Shown: positions 20,350 to 30,042, numbered from the stretch's first letter. The stretch is 64,000 bases of DNA from Candidatus Eiseniibacteriota bacterium (GCA_963762255.1 CAVXKA010000002.1:576001-640000), one strand, 5' to 3'. Notes: generated from the letters alone by a model not told the origin. Numbers and translations: made by a program.

Positions 20350-21713
20350 TGGGAAGCGGATTGCCCGCGGGCGGGAAAGCGAACCGCGATCGTGGATCCA
20401 CGCCCCAGCTCGCTCGTGACCTCGATGCTGCCGCGATGACGGTTGACGATGCCTTCCACGGTCGAAAGGCCGAGACCGTTCCCTATGCCTTCCGCCTTGG
20501 TGGTGTAGAACGGTTCGAAGATGTGCGCCTTGGTCTCCTCCGTCATCCCGTCGCCGGTGTCGGCCACCTCAAGGACATAGTCCGCGGCACCCGGATCCCC
20601 GATCCCCGCGGCGTCTCGCCGCGGGCTCGGCGACCGGCGAACCGTAACCGCCAAGTTTCCCCCCGCGGGCATGGCGTCCTTGGCGTTGACGATCAGGTTC
20701 ATCAGGACTTGCTCGATCTGCCCCCGGTCGGCTTCGATCAGAGCCGGCCGGTCCAGAGGTCGGACGGAGAGCCGGATGCTCTTGCCCAACAACGGGACGA
20801 AGAGCTTCTCCATGCCGCCGACGATCTCGTTCAAGTCGACGAGCTCGAATCGCTCCGGGCGCGGTCGGCTCAAGCTCATGAGTTGCGCGACCAGATCGCT
20901 TCCCCGTCGCACCGCGCCCTCGATCGCCGTGAGGCCCTGGCTTGCGCGGTCATTCTCACCGAGACCGGTGCGGAGAAGTCCCGCGTGGCCGCCGATCGTG
21001 GTGAGCAGGTTGTTGAAGTCATGCGCGGCGCCGCCGGCCATGCGCCCGATCGCTTCGAGCTTCTGGGCGCGGCGCATCTCCGCTTCCAGCCGCTTCAGAT
21101 CGGAAACGTCGGTGACGAATCCCTCGATGGCCACGACCTTTCCCTGCGCGTCTTCAACTCCTCCCCCCTGCTCCCACACCCATTTCTCCCCACCGTCAGC
21201 CGTTCGGATGCGATAGACATGGCGAAACTTCTCCCCCGTGTCCAGGGCCGTTCTCACGATCCGGCGCAGCTCATCGAGGTCTTCCTCATGAACGACTTCC
21301 GCGTAGGAGAGGACTCGGTTTCCGCACAGATCCTCCGGCCGGTACCCGGTAAGGGCGAGACAGCCATCGCTCAGAAACTCCATGGTCCACGCCGGGTCGT
21401 CGGCGCGGCGGTAGGCCATCCCGGGCAGATTGCCGAGCAGGGTGTTGAGCCGCCGGTGCTGCTCTCGCAGTTCCTCGCGCGATGCCTCCATCACCCGGAA
21501 CTGACGCTCGAGAAGCGCGTACAGGATCGCCCCGGTGACCAGAACGAAGAACCAACCCTTCACAGTCTGAAAGCGGATCAGCATGTCCGGGTAAGCAACG
21601 AGACGTTCGAGCAGTCTATCGGAGAGGATAATCCAGGCGAATCCCACGATGAGGTAGATCAGGGAGATCCGCATCGCGGAGCGGCGTACCGAGTCATGGG
21701 CGCTGAAGAGCAT
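20343..21713 (-). CDS. PAS-domain sensor histidine kinase
   Basis: Two N-terminal TM helices, PAS/PAC, H-box AHDFNNLL, N-box NLIVNAKDAM, DTGDGM, FEPFYTTK, GLGLS. Confidence 0.92.
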   Translation of the reverse strand: MLFSAHDSVRRSAMRISLIYLIVGFAWIILSDRLLERLVAYPDMLIRFQTVKGWFFVLVTGAILYALLERQFRVMEASREELREQHRRLNTLLGNLPGMAYRRADDPAWTMEFLSDGCLALTGYRPEDLCGNRVLSYAEVVHEEDLDELRRIVRTALDTGEKFRHVYRIRTADGGEKWVWEQGGGVEDAQGKVVAIEGFVTDVSDLKRLEAEMRRAQKLEAIGRMAGGAAHDFNNLLTTIGGHAGLLRTGLGENDRASQGLTAIEGAVRRGSDLVAQLMSLSRPRPERFELVDLNEIVGGMEKLFVPLLGKSIRLSVRPLDRPALIEADRGQIEQVLMNLIVNAKDAMPAGGNLAVTVRRSPSPRRDAAGIGDPGAADYVLEVADTGDGMTEETKAHIFEPFYTTKAEGIGNGLGLSTVEGIVNRHRGSIEVTSELGRGSTIAVRFPARGQSASQC

Positions 21714-21772
21714 CGGCTATTGCCTCGAGGTTATCTCCGGGAGTGCCGGGATCATAGCGCAGGCCTCGCCCC

Positions 21773-23941
21773 CTATCGAGAGAGGAGGACAAGCCGCCGG
21801 GTCATCGTGCGTGGACCCACCTGCAGCCGCGCGAAGTACACCCCGTCCGGAGCCGCCCTGCCGTCGTCACCGCGGCCGTCCCATTCGAGGGCGAAGGTTC
21901 CGGGTGCAAGGGACCATGGACCGAGGCGCCGCACCAAGCGCCCCCGCACGTCGATCACGCTGAGGGTGGCCGACTCCCCCATCGAACCGGAGAGGAAACC
22001 CCTGATCGTGAAGTGGAGCCCCGAGGGATTCGGGCTCACCGTCAGCGCGGTCAGCCGCGGGAAGAGATCGCCGCGCGCGTGGGAGGCGAGAAGCCAGCCG
22101 TCGGGGTCCGGCACCATCTCCCAATCGCCGGCGGGGAGCTCCACCGACCATTCGGTGAGGCGCCCGTCGACCCAGCGGACATCGTCGATCGCCGCGTCCG
22201 AGGAGACATAGCGGACGTGTACGGGCATCCGAAACAAGGGGACACCAGGTTCTTCCTGGGTCTGACGCGCGCGCACATCGAGGACGATGCCCCCGCCGGA
22301 GTTGGTCGAGCGCCAATCCCACTCGAACTTGGGATACCCCTTCCCGATGAGCCAGGGATGAAAGAACCAGGTGAGATCCTCGCCGAGTACGTCCTCGGCG
22401 GCCTGCTTGAAGTTCTCGGTCGCGACGTTACCGAAGGCGTGCCGGCGGGCGTAGCGGGAGAAGATCTCGAGGAACCGGCGATCGCCTTCGACCGCCGCCT
22501 GCTGAAACGCGCGGTCTCCGACGAGTTCCCCCTCCAGGTGCTGCATCCGGGAAATGGACCGCAGCATGTGCAGCACGCGGGCGCCCTTGTTGTACACGAC
22601 GAAGGACAGAAGGCGACCGGGCGGATGATCGAGAAGCGGATGGTCCAGATGGGGATTCGCCTTGTACACGCTGTCGCGCAGAGCAAGCCCGGCGCGTAGA
22701 GCGTCGGTGCCGTAGAGGTGCTCGGCGAAGAGCAGTTCGAAATACGTGGCGAACCCCTCGTTGAGCCAGATGTCGCGCCAGGTGGAGGGCGTGACGAGGT
22801 TCCCCCACCACTGATGAGCAAGCTCGTGCGCGTAGAGCCCCTCGGACTTGCGGTCGCCGCGCACCGCGGAGTAGGCGATGAGCGAGTTGGTCTGGTGCTC
22901 CATCCCGCCGCCGAAGAGTCCCAGGGTCATCGCGTAGCGCGCGAATGGGTACGGGTAGACGCGCGAGTAGAACTCCATCATCGCCGGAACGTTCAGGAAA
23001 TCGCTCCGCGTCTTGTCGATTCGGTCTTCGAACGTGAAGTACTCGAGGGGAACGCCGTCCGGTGCGGCGTCCTCCAGTCGGACGAAGTTCCCGACGTAGA
23101 ACGCCACCAGGTAGGTCGCTACCGGCTCGTCCATGACCCACCGCATCCGACGGCGGCCGTCCACGCGCCGGTCCTCCACCAGCGTGCCGATCGCCGAGGC
23201 CTCGCGCCCTTCCGGCACGTCCAGCGTGATCGACACCGCGGCCTTGTCCCAGGGAACGTCGTGCGAAGGAAACCAATGACGGGCGTAGACCGGCTCCGCG
23301 AACGTGTGGACGTCGAGCGACGTGAAGACCATGCCGCCGGGGACGCCCGATTCGCCGATGCAATCCGAGTTCGCCGACGCGTACGTGATGGCGATCTCGA
23401 AGCGTCCTTCTCGCGGGATCGAGGAGAGCGGCCCGATGTGGACGAGCCCCGTCGATTGTGCGAACGGCGCAGGCACAGGCGCCGCGCCGGCGCCGAGCGA
23501 CACCAACGCGCGTTCCACCGCGCAATCGACGAGATCGAGGTCTACGGCGTTGATCGGTTTGAGAGCGCGGATGGTGAGGGTCGTGGTGGCTCGAAAGCTC
23601 TTGGCTCTTTCGTCCAGCTCCTCGATGTGAATGTCGTAGCGGAGCACATCGAGGCTGTCGGGTTGGGACGGAGGATCCATCGACACGAGTCGCGCGCAAT
23701 CCGTTCGCGTGGTCTCGTATCGAGTGAGGGCCTCGAGAACGTCCGCGCGCGAAGCATCGAGAAGCCACGGCAGGTCCGCGTCCGGCACCAGTCCCTGCTC
23801 CATGTAGGGGATGAGCAGGTCCAGGTTGGGAGCCGAGGGCGAGGGCGCCGCGCTCACTGCGGATTGCGCCCCGAGCCGCATCGCGAGGAATCCGGAGAGG
23901 AATATGAGACCGGCTGCCCGGCGGGTGGTGAGGTTCTTCAC
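21773..23941 (-). CDS. Secreted M1-family aminopeptidase with C-terminal FlgD-Ig/T9SS-like domain
   Basis: GGMEH; HELAHQWWG followed by WLNEGFA; YNKGA; C-terminal SPNP..DVRGRLVR..WDGR..G..DGVYFARL. GTG 23941 start inferred from the signal peptide. Confidence 0.88.
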   Translation of the reverse strand: MKNLTTRRAAGLIFLSGFLAMRLGAQSAVSAAPSPSAPNLDLLIPYMEQGLVPDADLPWLLDASRADVLEALTRYETTRTDCARLVSMDPPSQPDSLDVLRYDIHIEELDERAKSFRATTTLTIRALKPINAVDLDLVDCAVERALVSLGAGAAPVPAPFAQSTGLVHIGPLSSIPREGRFEIAITYASANSDCIGESGVPGGMVFTSLDVHTFAEPVYARHWFPSHDVPWDKAAVSITLDVPEGREASAIGTLVEDRRVDGRRRMRWVMDEPVATYLVAFYVGNFVRLEDAAPDGVPLEYFTFEDRIDKTRSDFLNVPAMMEFYSRVYPYPFARYAMTLGLFGGGMEHQTNSLIAYSAVRGDRKSEGLYAHELAHQWWGNLVTPSTWRDIWLNEGFATYFELLFAEHLYGTDALRAGLALRDSVYKANPHLDHPLLDHPPGRLLSFVVYNKGARVLHMLRSISRMQHLEGELVGDRAFQQAAVEGDRRFLEIFSRYARRHAFGNVATENFKQAAEDVLGEDLTWFFHPWLIGKGYPKFEWDWRSTNSGGGIVLDVRARQTQEEPGVPLFRMPVHVRYVSSDAAIDDVRWVDGRLTEWSVELPAGDWEMVPDPDGWLLASHARGDLFPRLTALTVSPNPSGLHFTIRGFLSGSMGESATLSVIDVRGRLVRRLGPWSLAPGTFALEWDGRGDDGRAAPDGVYFARLQVGPRTMTRRLVLLSR

Positions 23942-24257
23942 GGCGTGGCAATAGTTTAGCCGGTGCCGGGGCCGTTGAGGATGCCGAGCTGGAGTCCCGC
24001 CACGCGCGTCACGGCCGGAGCGGCATTTTCCCCAAATCGCGGCTGAGGCCAGCCAGCATTCGCAATTCACTGCCCGGCAATGCGTTCGACCCGCCGAGGC
24101 GGAGGCGGCTTCCGGCGCTTGCCGCGTCCGACCCGGGGACCGGGGCATCTCCCCCAGTGCGTTTGCCCAGTTATCGAGGCCTCCCGAGGGAGGAGCGGCC
24201 GCCTATTTGATTATTCGATAATCGGTTACGGCCCGTTTTGGCACTGCCACCGGCCAG

Positions 24258-24273
24258 TGGCACCCGCCTTGCG
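24258..24273 (+). promoter_or_regulatory. Sigma54 (-24/-12) promoter of the small lipopeptide gene
   Basis: TGGCACccgccTTGCG matches TGGCAC-N5-TTGC exactly, 80 bp upstream of ATG 24353. Confidence 0.75.
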
Positions 24274-24352
24274 TTTGTCTCCTGCGATCGCGCACCCGAA
24301 GGCGCATCGGTCTCTCTCCCGGGAGTCGGGGGAGCGCAAGGAGGGAAAGGTC

Positions 24353-24535
24353 ATGAAGCAGCACTCGATCATCCGGAAGCTGGCCCTGGTGGGAGCATTT
24401 GTAGGTATCGCCGCGTTCGCGGTGGGATGCGGGCAGACGACCCCGACCGGGGTGGATGTGCAGCAACTGGAATCGGAGCAGGACCTTTCTCAGCAGGGTG
24501 GGGGCGTCCAAGACTGGGACCAAGTTCCTCGTTGA
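24353..24535 (+). CDS. Small secreted lipopeptide (60 aa)
   Basis: AAGGAGG RBS; MKQHSIIRK, hydrophobic core, lipobox FAVGC, then an acidic Q-rich tail ending VQDWDQVPR. Confidence 0.75.
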   Translation: MKQHSIIRKLALVGAFVGIAAFAVGCGQTTPTGVDVQQLESEQDLSQQGGGVQDWDQVPR

Positions 24536-24536
24536 C

Positions 24537-27500
24537 CTAGTCGCGCACAGCTAGGAGAGCAGCTCTCGTGCGCGGAAACAACAAGTAATCCCTCTTCAGA
24601 TCCGCCGACTCGAAGGAGTCGGCGATCTGCGTTATGGCCGCCAGCACAGCTTTCTGAATGAGGAGGCGCTGAGTTGCATGTGAGCTCCGGATCAGCTCCA
24701 CGCCCCACGTTGCCAGGTCCATTTGACGCCCCTCTGACTTCAGACTCTTCATCAACTCTCCAGGGGCATCACCCGGTGCTTCCCACCCCAGCTCCCAACC
24801 TATGATTCTGAAGACTGGCTGCGCGAAGGGAAACTTCCCAGTTTGGAAGAAATCTGCGCCTACTTGGAAGTGAGTTCGTGCGACGTCGGGCGCATCAAGC
24901 TTCCAGTGAGCTAGTGCCAGGAGAACAGAACTCATGGCTTCAGCATCGGCCATACCGCTCCGCCGATAGCCTAGGACTGAGTTGTGGAATCGGTCACGCG
25001 CTGATTCCCACCTGCCGGCCCCCGAATCCAATAGACCCAGACATTCATCAATGAACCCGGAATGTCGCCATCTTTCTGCCTCAGCCATTGCCTGTAGACT
25101 CCCAGCGATCAAGTCTGGGAATCCAGCTCGGCAGCCGAGAAACATGCCCAGTCGATAGCATTGCGTGAGCAGCACATGGTCTTCAGAGCGCCTCCCCCTT
25201 TCAAGAAGCCGGGCCTGCCGTCTCAGGACCGGGCCCAGATGGCCCAGGTTGACTTCATAGAAGGCAACTGCATTTTCCGCCAAGTCTGCCATACGGTCGC
25301 TACCAAGGGCCATCGCAACAGAGATAGCTCGTGTACCGGTCCGATGTGCCTGACGTACCTTCCCAGCCTCCATCGCGAGAGATCCTGCCCGGCTCGCGAT
25401 CATCACGTAGTCCTTCCACCGCCCGGCCTCGGCGGCAAGTCCTGCGGCCCGAGTCGCGATGGACTCTCCAAGGACTTGCTCCCCCGTATTCTGCATAACT
25501 CCAGCTATGGCATGGAGGAACAGCGGTTCCCGAGCACACAGCTCCTCACCCAACGCGCGCTGAGCCGCCGCTAGGTAATGCTGCATCTCCGCCAGCAGCC
25601 TTTGTTGCCCAGCCGCCCGCGCCCGCCCCACAAAGTACCTCAGCAGCAGTTCTTTGCTTGGAAGATTCCCCGGATCCAGCGTGCCGTAGACCTCGTCGGC
25701 CTCCTCGAAATGCCCGGTCTGCCACAGGAACTCCGCCTTTTGGAGTCGCGCCCAGATGCGATCGCTCGCCGAAATCCCCGTCAACGCGATCAGTTCATCG
25801 CACTCGCTCACCGCCCGCTGCCAATCCCCCACCGCGAATCGCGCAGTGGCTAGCATCTTCCGCCACTCCACCGCCTCGGCGGCATCCGGCATCGCCTTCA
25901 AGAGATCTTCCAGAACCCGCACTTCCTCGGGGAATCGTCCTAGACGTTGCACCGCGCGCAGCGCTACCTCCCAAACAAAACGGTGGTGCGCGGCATCGAG
26001 GTTTCCCTCCTCCACGACCCGCGCCCAGAACCCGATGACCGCTTCGAACCGGCCGGCTCCGATCGCCGCGCTCAGCGCGTCTTCCAGATATCGCACGGGA
26101 AGGCGGCCGTGCCGCACCATCTCGCCGGCCAGAGCGAGATCACCCGGGTGAACACCGGGGTCCGCCTCCAGACACCGACAGACATCGGCAAGACACGCGT
26201 CGCTCAAGTGGCCTTCGGCGACGTCCATCAACGCACTCTGCACCATGCGATCGGCCATGCGTTCCTGCAGCTCGCCTCGCTCGTAATCCCGCTGTGAGAG
26301 CCCGAGCGTCTCCAGCTCCCGCTCGACTTCCAGCAGTGGCGCGCCTGCCATCCCGAGAGCCCGGCCCAGTGACACCCACCGCCACCCCCGCTCGCTCCAG
26401 GCCAGCAGTGACAGCGCGTCGCGCGCCGAGCCACTGGCATGGGACCAGATCCTCACGACTTCCGCGCTCATCGCCTCGTCGGTGAGGTCCGCACCCGAAC
26501 CGGATCCGACCTGCTTGAGGCGAACCAGGGACAGAGGACTCGCGCCCGCGCCCACCTCGGGAGGCTCCTTCGCGGCTCCGTAGCCTTCCTCCTCGGGGAA
26601 CAGGTCATCGCGCAGGGACCTCAATGCGGCGATGTCCGGTCCGGGCCACGACGCATCGATGGAACGCGTCGTCGTCATGACCCACGCCCCGTCCGCGTCA
26701 TCCTCGGTCGCTGACGCGGCCTTGAGTACGCATGTGCGCGATCCGGACCCTTCCTCCTCCCGACTTACGACGAATGAGCGCAGGAGGCGCGACTCGAGAT
26801 CTCCTGCGCGCTCGGGCCAGGGAACGACCGCATCTTGTCCCGAGAATCGCTCGACCAGCTCGCGCGCGAGAATCACCGGATCGGGGTCGCCCGGCGAGGC
26901 TTCCAATAGGTCGCGCACCGACTCCAGCGGCTGCTCCGCAAGCGCCGTCCAACCATCCGCGACCAGAGCACGGACCATCGCTCGGCAGAGGGTCTTGCGT
27001 CCGCTCCCCACCCGACCGCGAACCAGGATGCCGCCGGTGCGTCCTGTCGGAAGTCCCCGCGCCCACGACCTCCATTCGGCAAGCTGACTCTCCAATCCGT
27101 AGACGCCGCCGTGCGTGACGGGCGGCCCCCAAGCATCCGTGCGCGCGCGCAGGTCATCCCAGTCACCGATGCCTCGTACCGCTGGGTCCGAGCTTCCCAA
27201 GAGCGCAATGAGATCGACCAACTCTCTCGACACGACGCGGCGAGACGACGGCAGGAAGCTTCCCGACACGAGCCGGCGCAACATCTCGGCGGGGCTCGCG
27301 CCCTCCAACGGATGGCGCCCGTCAATCCACATCACCGCGGTGACTGCGAGCGAGAAAAGATCGGCCGCCGGACCGGCGCCCTCACCACGAGCGCTCTCGG
27401 GCGCCATGTACCCGGGCGTGCCCCGCACGCCGGCCGCGCGCGCTTCTGTCAACGGAAGCGTCAACCCCAGATCGGCCACCTTGGCGCGCCAGCGCTCGCC

Positions 27501-27929
27501 TTCCCGCCATACGAGCAGGTTTCCGGGAGCGATGTCGCCGTGGACGAAACCTCGACGGTGCATGTAGGCAAGACCGCGCAAGGACTGGGTCAACGCGGCC
27601 CACACTGCGGCCTCGCCCCCTTCGTCCCACAGGCGCTCGGCGGGCACCGCCGGCACGAATTCGAGCAGATGAGCGACGTCGTGGCCGTCGCGGACCAGAC
27701 CGCGCGACTCGATGAGGCATGGATGGGAGAGCGTCCCGAGGAGGCGGTACTCGGCGACCAGGCTGTCGCACGACGCCGAGGACTCTGCGATCTTGAGCGC
27801 GGCGACGTGGCCTGTCCAAGTGTCGCGCACGCGGAAGAGGCGTCCTTCCGCGCCGCGCGCGAGCGGGGTCCACTCGGTGAACCGGCCGCCGAAACGCAGT
27901 GTGTCTTCTGTGCTCACCGCCACGTTCAC
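24537..27929 (-). CDS. Ser/Thr protein kinase fused to a degenerate P-loop NTPase and TPR-like helical repeats
   Basis: Kinase motifs ALK, HGDIAPGNLL, ADLGL, GTPGYMAPE, ADLFSL; P-loop-like GRVGSGRKT; TPR-like C-terminal half. AGGAG RBS before GTG 27929. Confidence 0.8.
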   Translation of the reverse strand: MNVAVSTEDTLRFGGRFTEWTPLARGAEGRLFRVRDTWTGHVAALKIAESSASCDSLVAEYRLLGTLSHPCLIESRGLVRDGHDVAHLLEFVPAVPAERLWDEGGEAAVWAALTQSLRGLAYMHRRGFVHGDIAPGNLLVWREGERWRAKVADLGLTLPLTEARAAGVRGTPGYMAPESARGEGAGPAADLFSLAVTAVMWIDGRHPLEGASPAEMLRRLVSGSFLPSSRRVVSRELVDLIALLGSSDPAVRGIGDWDDLRARTDAWGPPVTHGGVYGLESQLAEWRSWARGLPTGRTGGILVRGRVGSGRKTLCRAMVRALVADGWTALAEQPLESVRDLLEASPGDPDPVILARELVERFSGQDAVVPWPERAGDLESRLLRSFVVSREEEGSGSRTCVLKAASATEDDADGAWVMTTTRSIDASWPGPDIAALRSLRDDLFPEEEGYGAAKEPPEVGAGASPLSLVRLKQVGSGSGADLTDEAMSAEVVRIWSHASGSARDALSLLAWSERGWRWVSLGRALGMAGAPLLEVERELETLGLSQRDYERGELQERMADRMVQSALMDVAEGHLSDACLADVCRCLEADPGVHPGDLALAGEMVRHGRLPVRYLEDALSAAIGAGRFEAVIGFWARVVEEGNLDAAHHRFVWEVALRAVQRLGRFPEEVRVLEDLLKAMPDAAEAVEWRKMLATARFAVGDWQRAVSECDELIALTGISASDRIWARLQKAEFLWQTGHFEEADEVYGTLDPGNLPSKELLLRYFVGRARAAGQQRLLAEMQHYLAAAQRALGEELCAREPLFLHAIAGVMQNTGEQVLGESIATRAAGLAAEAGRWKDYVMIASRAGSLAMEAGKVRQAHRTGTRAISVAMALGSDRMADLAENAVAFYEVNLGHLGPVLRRQARLLERGRRSEDHVLLTQCYRLGMFLGCRAGFPDLIAGSLQAMAEAERWRHSGFIDECLGLLDSGAGRWESARDRFHNSVLGYRRSGMADAEAMSSVLLALAHWKLDAPDVARTHFQVGADFFQTGKFPFAQPVFRIIGWELGWEAPGDAPGELMKSLKSEGRQMDLATWGVELIRSSHATQRLLIQKAVLAAITQIADSFESADLKRDYLLFPRTRAALLAVRD

Positions 27930-28050
27930 GCCAAGCTCCTGAAAGCGTTGACTGGAGAGGGTCGGACATCGAAACTCTACCCGACTTTGCGCGGGGGCGC
28001 ACCGGGGCTCTGTGCTCCAGGGGCCCCGCACCAGAATCATGGAGGCTGTC

Positions 28051-29004
28051 ATGCGCACGTTCTATCCGCCCATCGAGCCGTACCGCTCCGGTCATCTCCG
28101 GGTGTCCGATCTCCACGAGATCCACTACGAAGAGTGCGGTCGTCCGGACGGTCTCCCTGCCGTGTTCGTGCACGGGGGTCCCGGGGGCGGGATCGTTCCG
28201 CTCTACCGTCAGTTCTTCGATCCAGATGCGTACCGCATCGTTCTCTTCGAACAGCGAGGATGCGGGGAGAGTCGGCCGCACGCGAGCCTTGTCGACAACA
28301 CGACGTGGCACTTGGTCGAGGACATGGAGAAGCTGCGCGAGTCCCTGGGGATCTCGAAATGGGTTGTGTTCGGCGGCTCCTGGGGCAGCACGCTCGCCCT
28401 CGCGTACGCGGAAACCCACCCGGAGCGCGTGCTTGCCCTGGTGCTGCGCGGCATCTTCCTTCTGCGCCCGAGCGAGATTCGGTGGTTCTACCAGGACGGC
28501 GCCAGCCACATCTTCGCGGACGCCTGGGAGCACTACGTCGAGCCGATCCCCCTCGAAGAGCGCGACGACTTCGTTCGCGCCTACTATCGGCGGCTGACCA
28601 GCGATGATGCCTCGGTGCGCGCGCGCGCGGCCAAGGCCTGGAGCATCTGGGAGGCATCCACGAGCAAGCTCTTTCCCGATCCGAACCTCATCGCCACGTT
28701 TTCGCAGGACGCCTTCGCCGACGCGTTCGCGCGAATCGAGTGCCACTATTTCGTGAACAAGGGCTTCTTCACACACCCGGATCAACTGCTGGACGGTGCC
28801 GAGCGCATTCGGCACATTCCCGGCGTCATCGTTCAGGGACGCTATGACGTCGTCTGCCCGATGGTGAGCGCCTGGGACTTGCACAGGCGGTGGCCGGAGG
28901 CCGAGTTCCACCTGATCCCTGACGCAGGTCATGCCGCCAGCGAGCCTGGGATTACGGACAGATTGATCCAGGCGACGGACCGGTTCCGCAAACTCATTGT
29001 TTGA
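28051..29004 (+). CDS. pip: Prolyl aminopeptidase (proline iminopeptidase, S33)
   Basis: HGGPG, QRGCG-S-PHA, GGSWGSTL, VQGRYDVVCP, DAGH; GGAGG RBS. Confidence 0.95.
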   Translation: MRTFYPPIEPYRSGHLRVSDLHEIHYEECGRPDGLPAVFVHGGPGGGIVPLYRQFFDPDAYRIVLFEQRGCGESRPHASLVDNTTWHLVEDMEKLRESLGISKWVVFGGSWGSTLALAYAETHPERVLALVLRGIFLLRPSEIRWFYQDGASHIFADAWEHYVEPIPLEERDDFVRAYYRRLTSDDASVRARAAKAWSIWEASTSKLFPDPNLIATFSQDAFADAFARIECHYFVNKGFFTHPDQLLDGAERIRHIPGVIVQGRYDVVCPMVSAWDLHRRWPEAEFHLIPDAGHAASEPGITDRLIQATDRFRKLIV

Positions 29005-29222
29005 CAGCAGGTTTCGCCGTTTCTGCGCCAGATCTGGAAGCGCTGGGGACCCGGTAGAAAATTGCGATCAGACTGCCAACGATACGATTTTGGTAGCACC
29101 CGAACAGCACTTTGAGTGAAAATAAGCGCCATCGGCGAGTGCGACTCAATCGCATCTCGCCCGCTTCGCTCCCTACCCATAATCGGAGAACCTGTCCACT
29201 GGCTTTATGCCAAGGAGGAATC

Positions 29223-29871
29223 ATGCGACGTCAAAGGCTATCGCGTGGCCGGGCTGCTCTTCCTGATCGTGGCCATCCCCTCGTTCTTCCTGTTCCACTC
29301 GCCTGCACCGCCGGCCAACGCCGCGGTAGGCGATCTCTATCTCGAACTCGCCCCCAGCTCATTCGCGCCCGGCGTTCTCACTTTCAGTGTCGCCGGGCCT
29401 GCAATCCCCCCGACGGGATCCATCTGGCACGAGCTCTATCCCGCCTTCTGCACCATGCTCCCCCAAGAGGGGTACGGTGACAACGGGGACGGCGTGGTTT
29501 CCGTCTGCGACGCCATTCAGTGGGGTGGGGTGGTCTACCACATCGATTGGGTGGGACCCACGTACCACTTGATGGCTGTCGGCACCGCCCTCGACACCTA
29601 TTGGGAGCCGACCGACCCGAACCACAATCCCGCCAATCCTGTATGCGAGAGCTGGCAGGAAGTCCATCCGGATTTCGGCATGCTCCATCACATCGACGAG
29701 TGGCAGGATGCGAACGGAACCGGCGTGGTCGACGCATGCGACATGATTGCGTCCGGAGGGATTCTGTACCACGTCGAAGAGGTGAGTTTGAACATCCGCG
29801 TCACTCCGGGTGGAACGCCGACCGAACAGTCGACCTGGGGCAAGATCAAGAGCCACCTCTGGCCCTTCTAG
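29223..29871 (+). CDS. Secreted protein with two ~50-aa internal repeats and a STWGKIKS tail; apparent frameshift near 29234
   Basis: AGGAGG plus ATG 29223 is out of frame with the long ORF by one base. Removing one A of AAA (29233-29235) gives the signal peptide MRRQGYRVAGLLFLIVAIP. Confidence 0.7.
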
Positions 29872-29897
29872 AGTCCGACCTGTGGGATGAATCGATC

Positions 29898-29929
29898 AGG
29901 GCCCGTCCGGCTCGTCCGGGCGGGCCCTT
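29898..29929 (+). terminator. GC-rich hairpin, probable terminator
   Basis: AGGGCCCGTCCGG-CTCGT-CCGGGCGGGCCCT-T, just downstream of the 29871 stop. Confidence 0.55.
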
Positions 29930-30042
29930 CACGTGTCGACGCACAGGCCGATTCCGCACCCTTGCCAGGAACCCCGCGATCGCGGTTTAGTTGTGCCGTC
30001 GAACGACCCCACGTCCTTACCGTCAGCCACAGGAGGCCTCGC

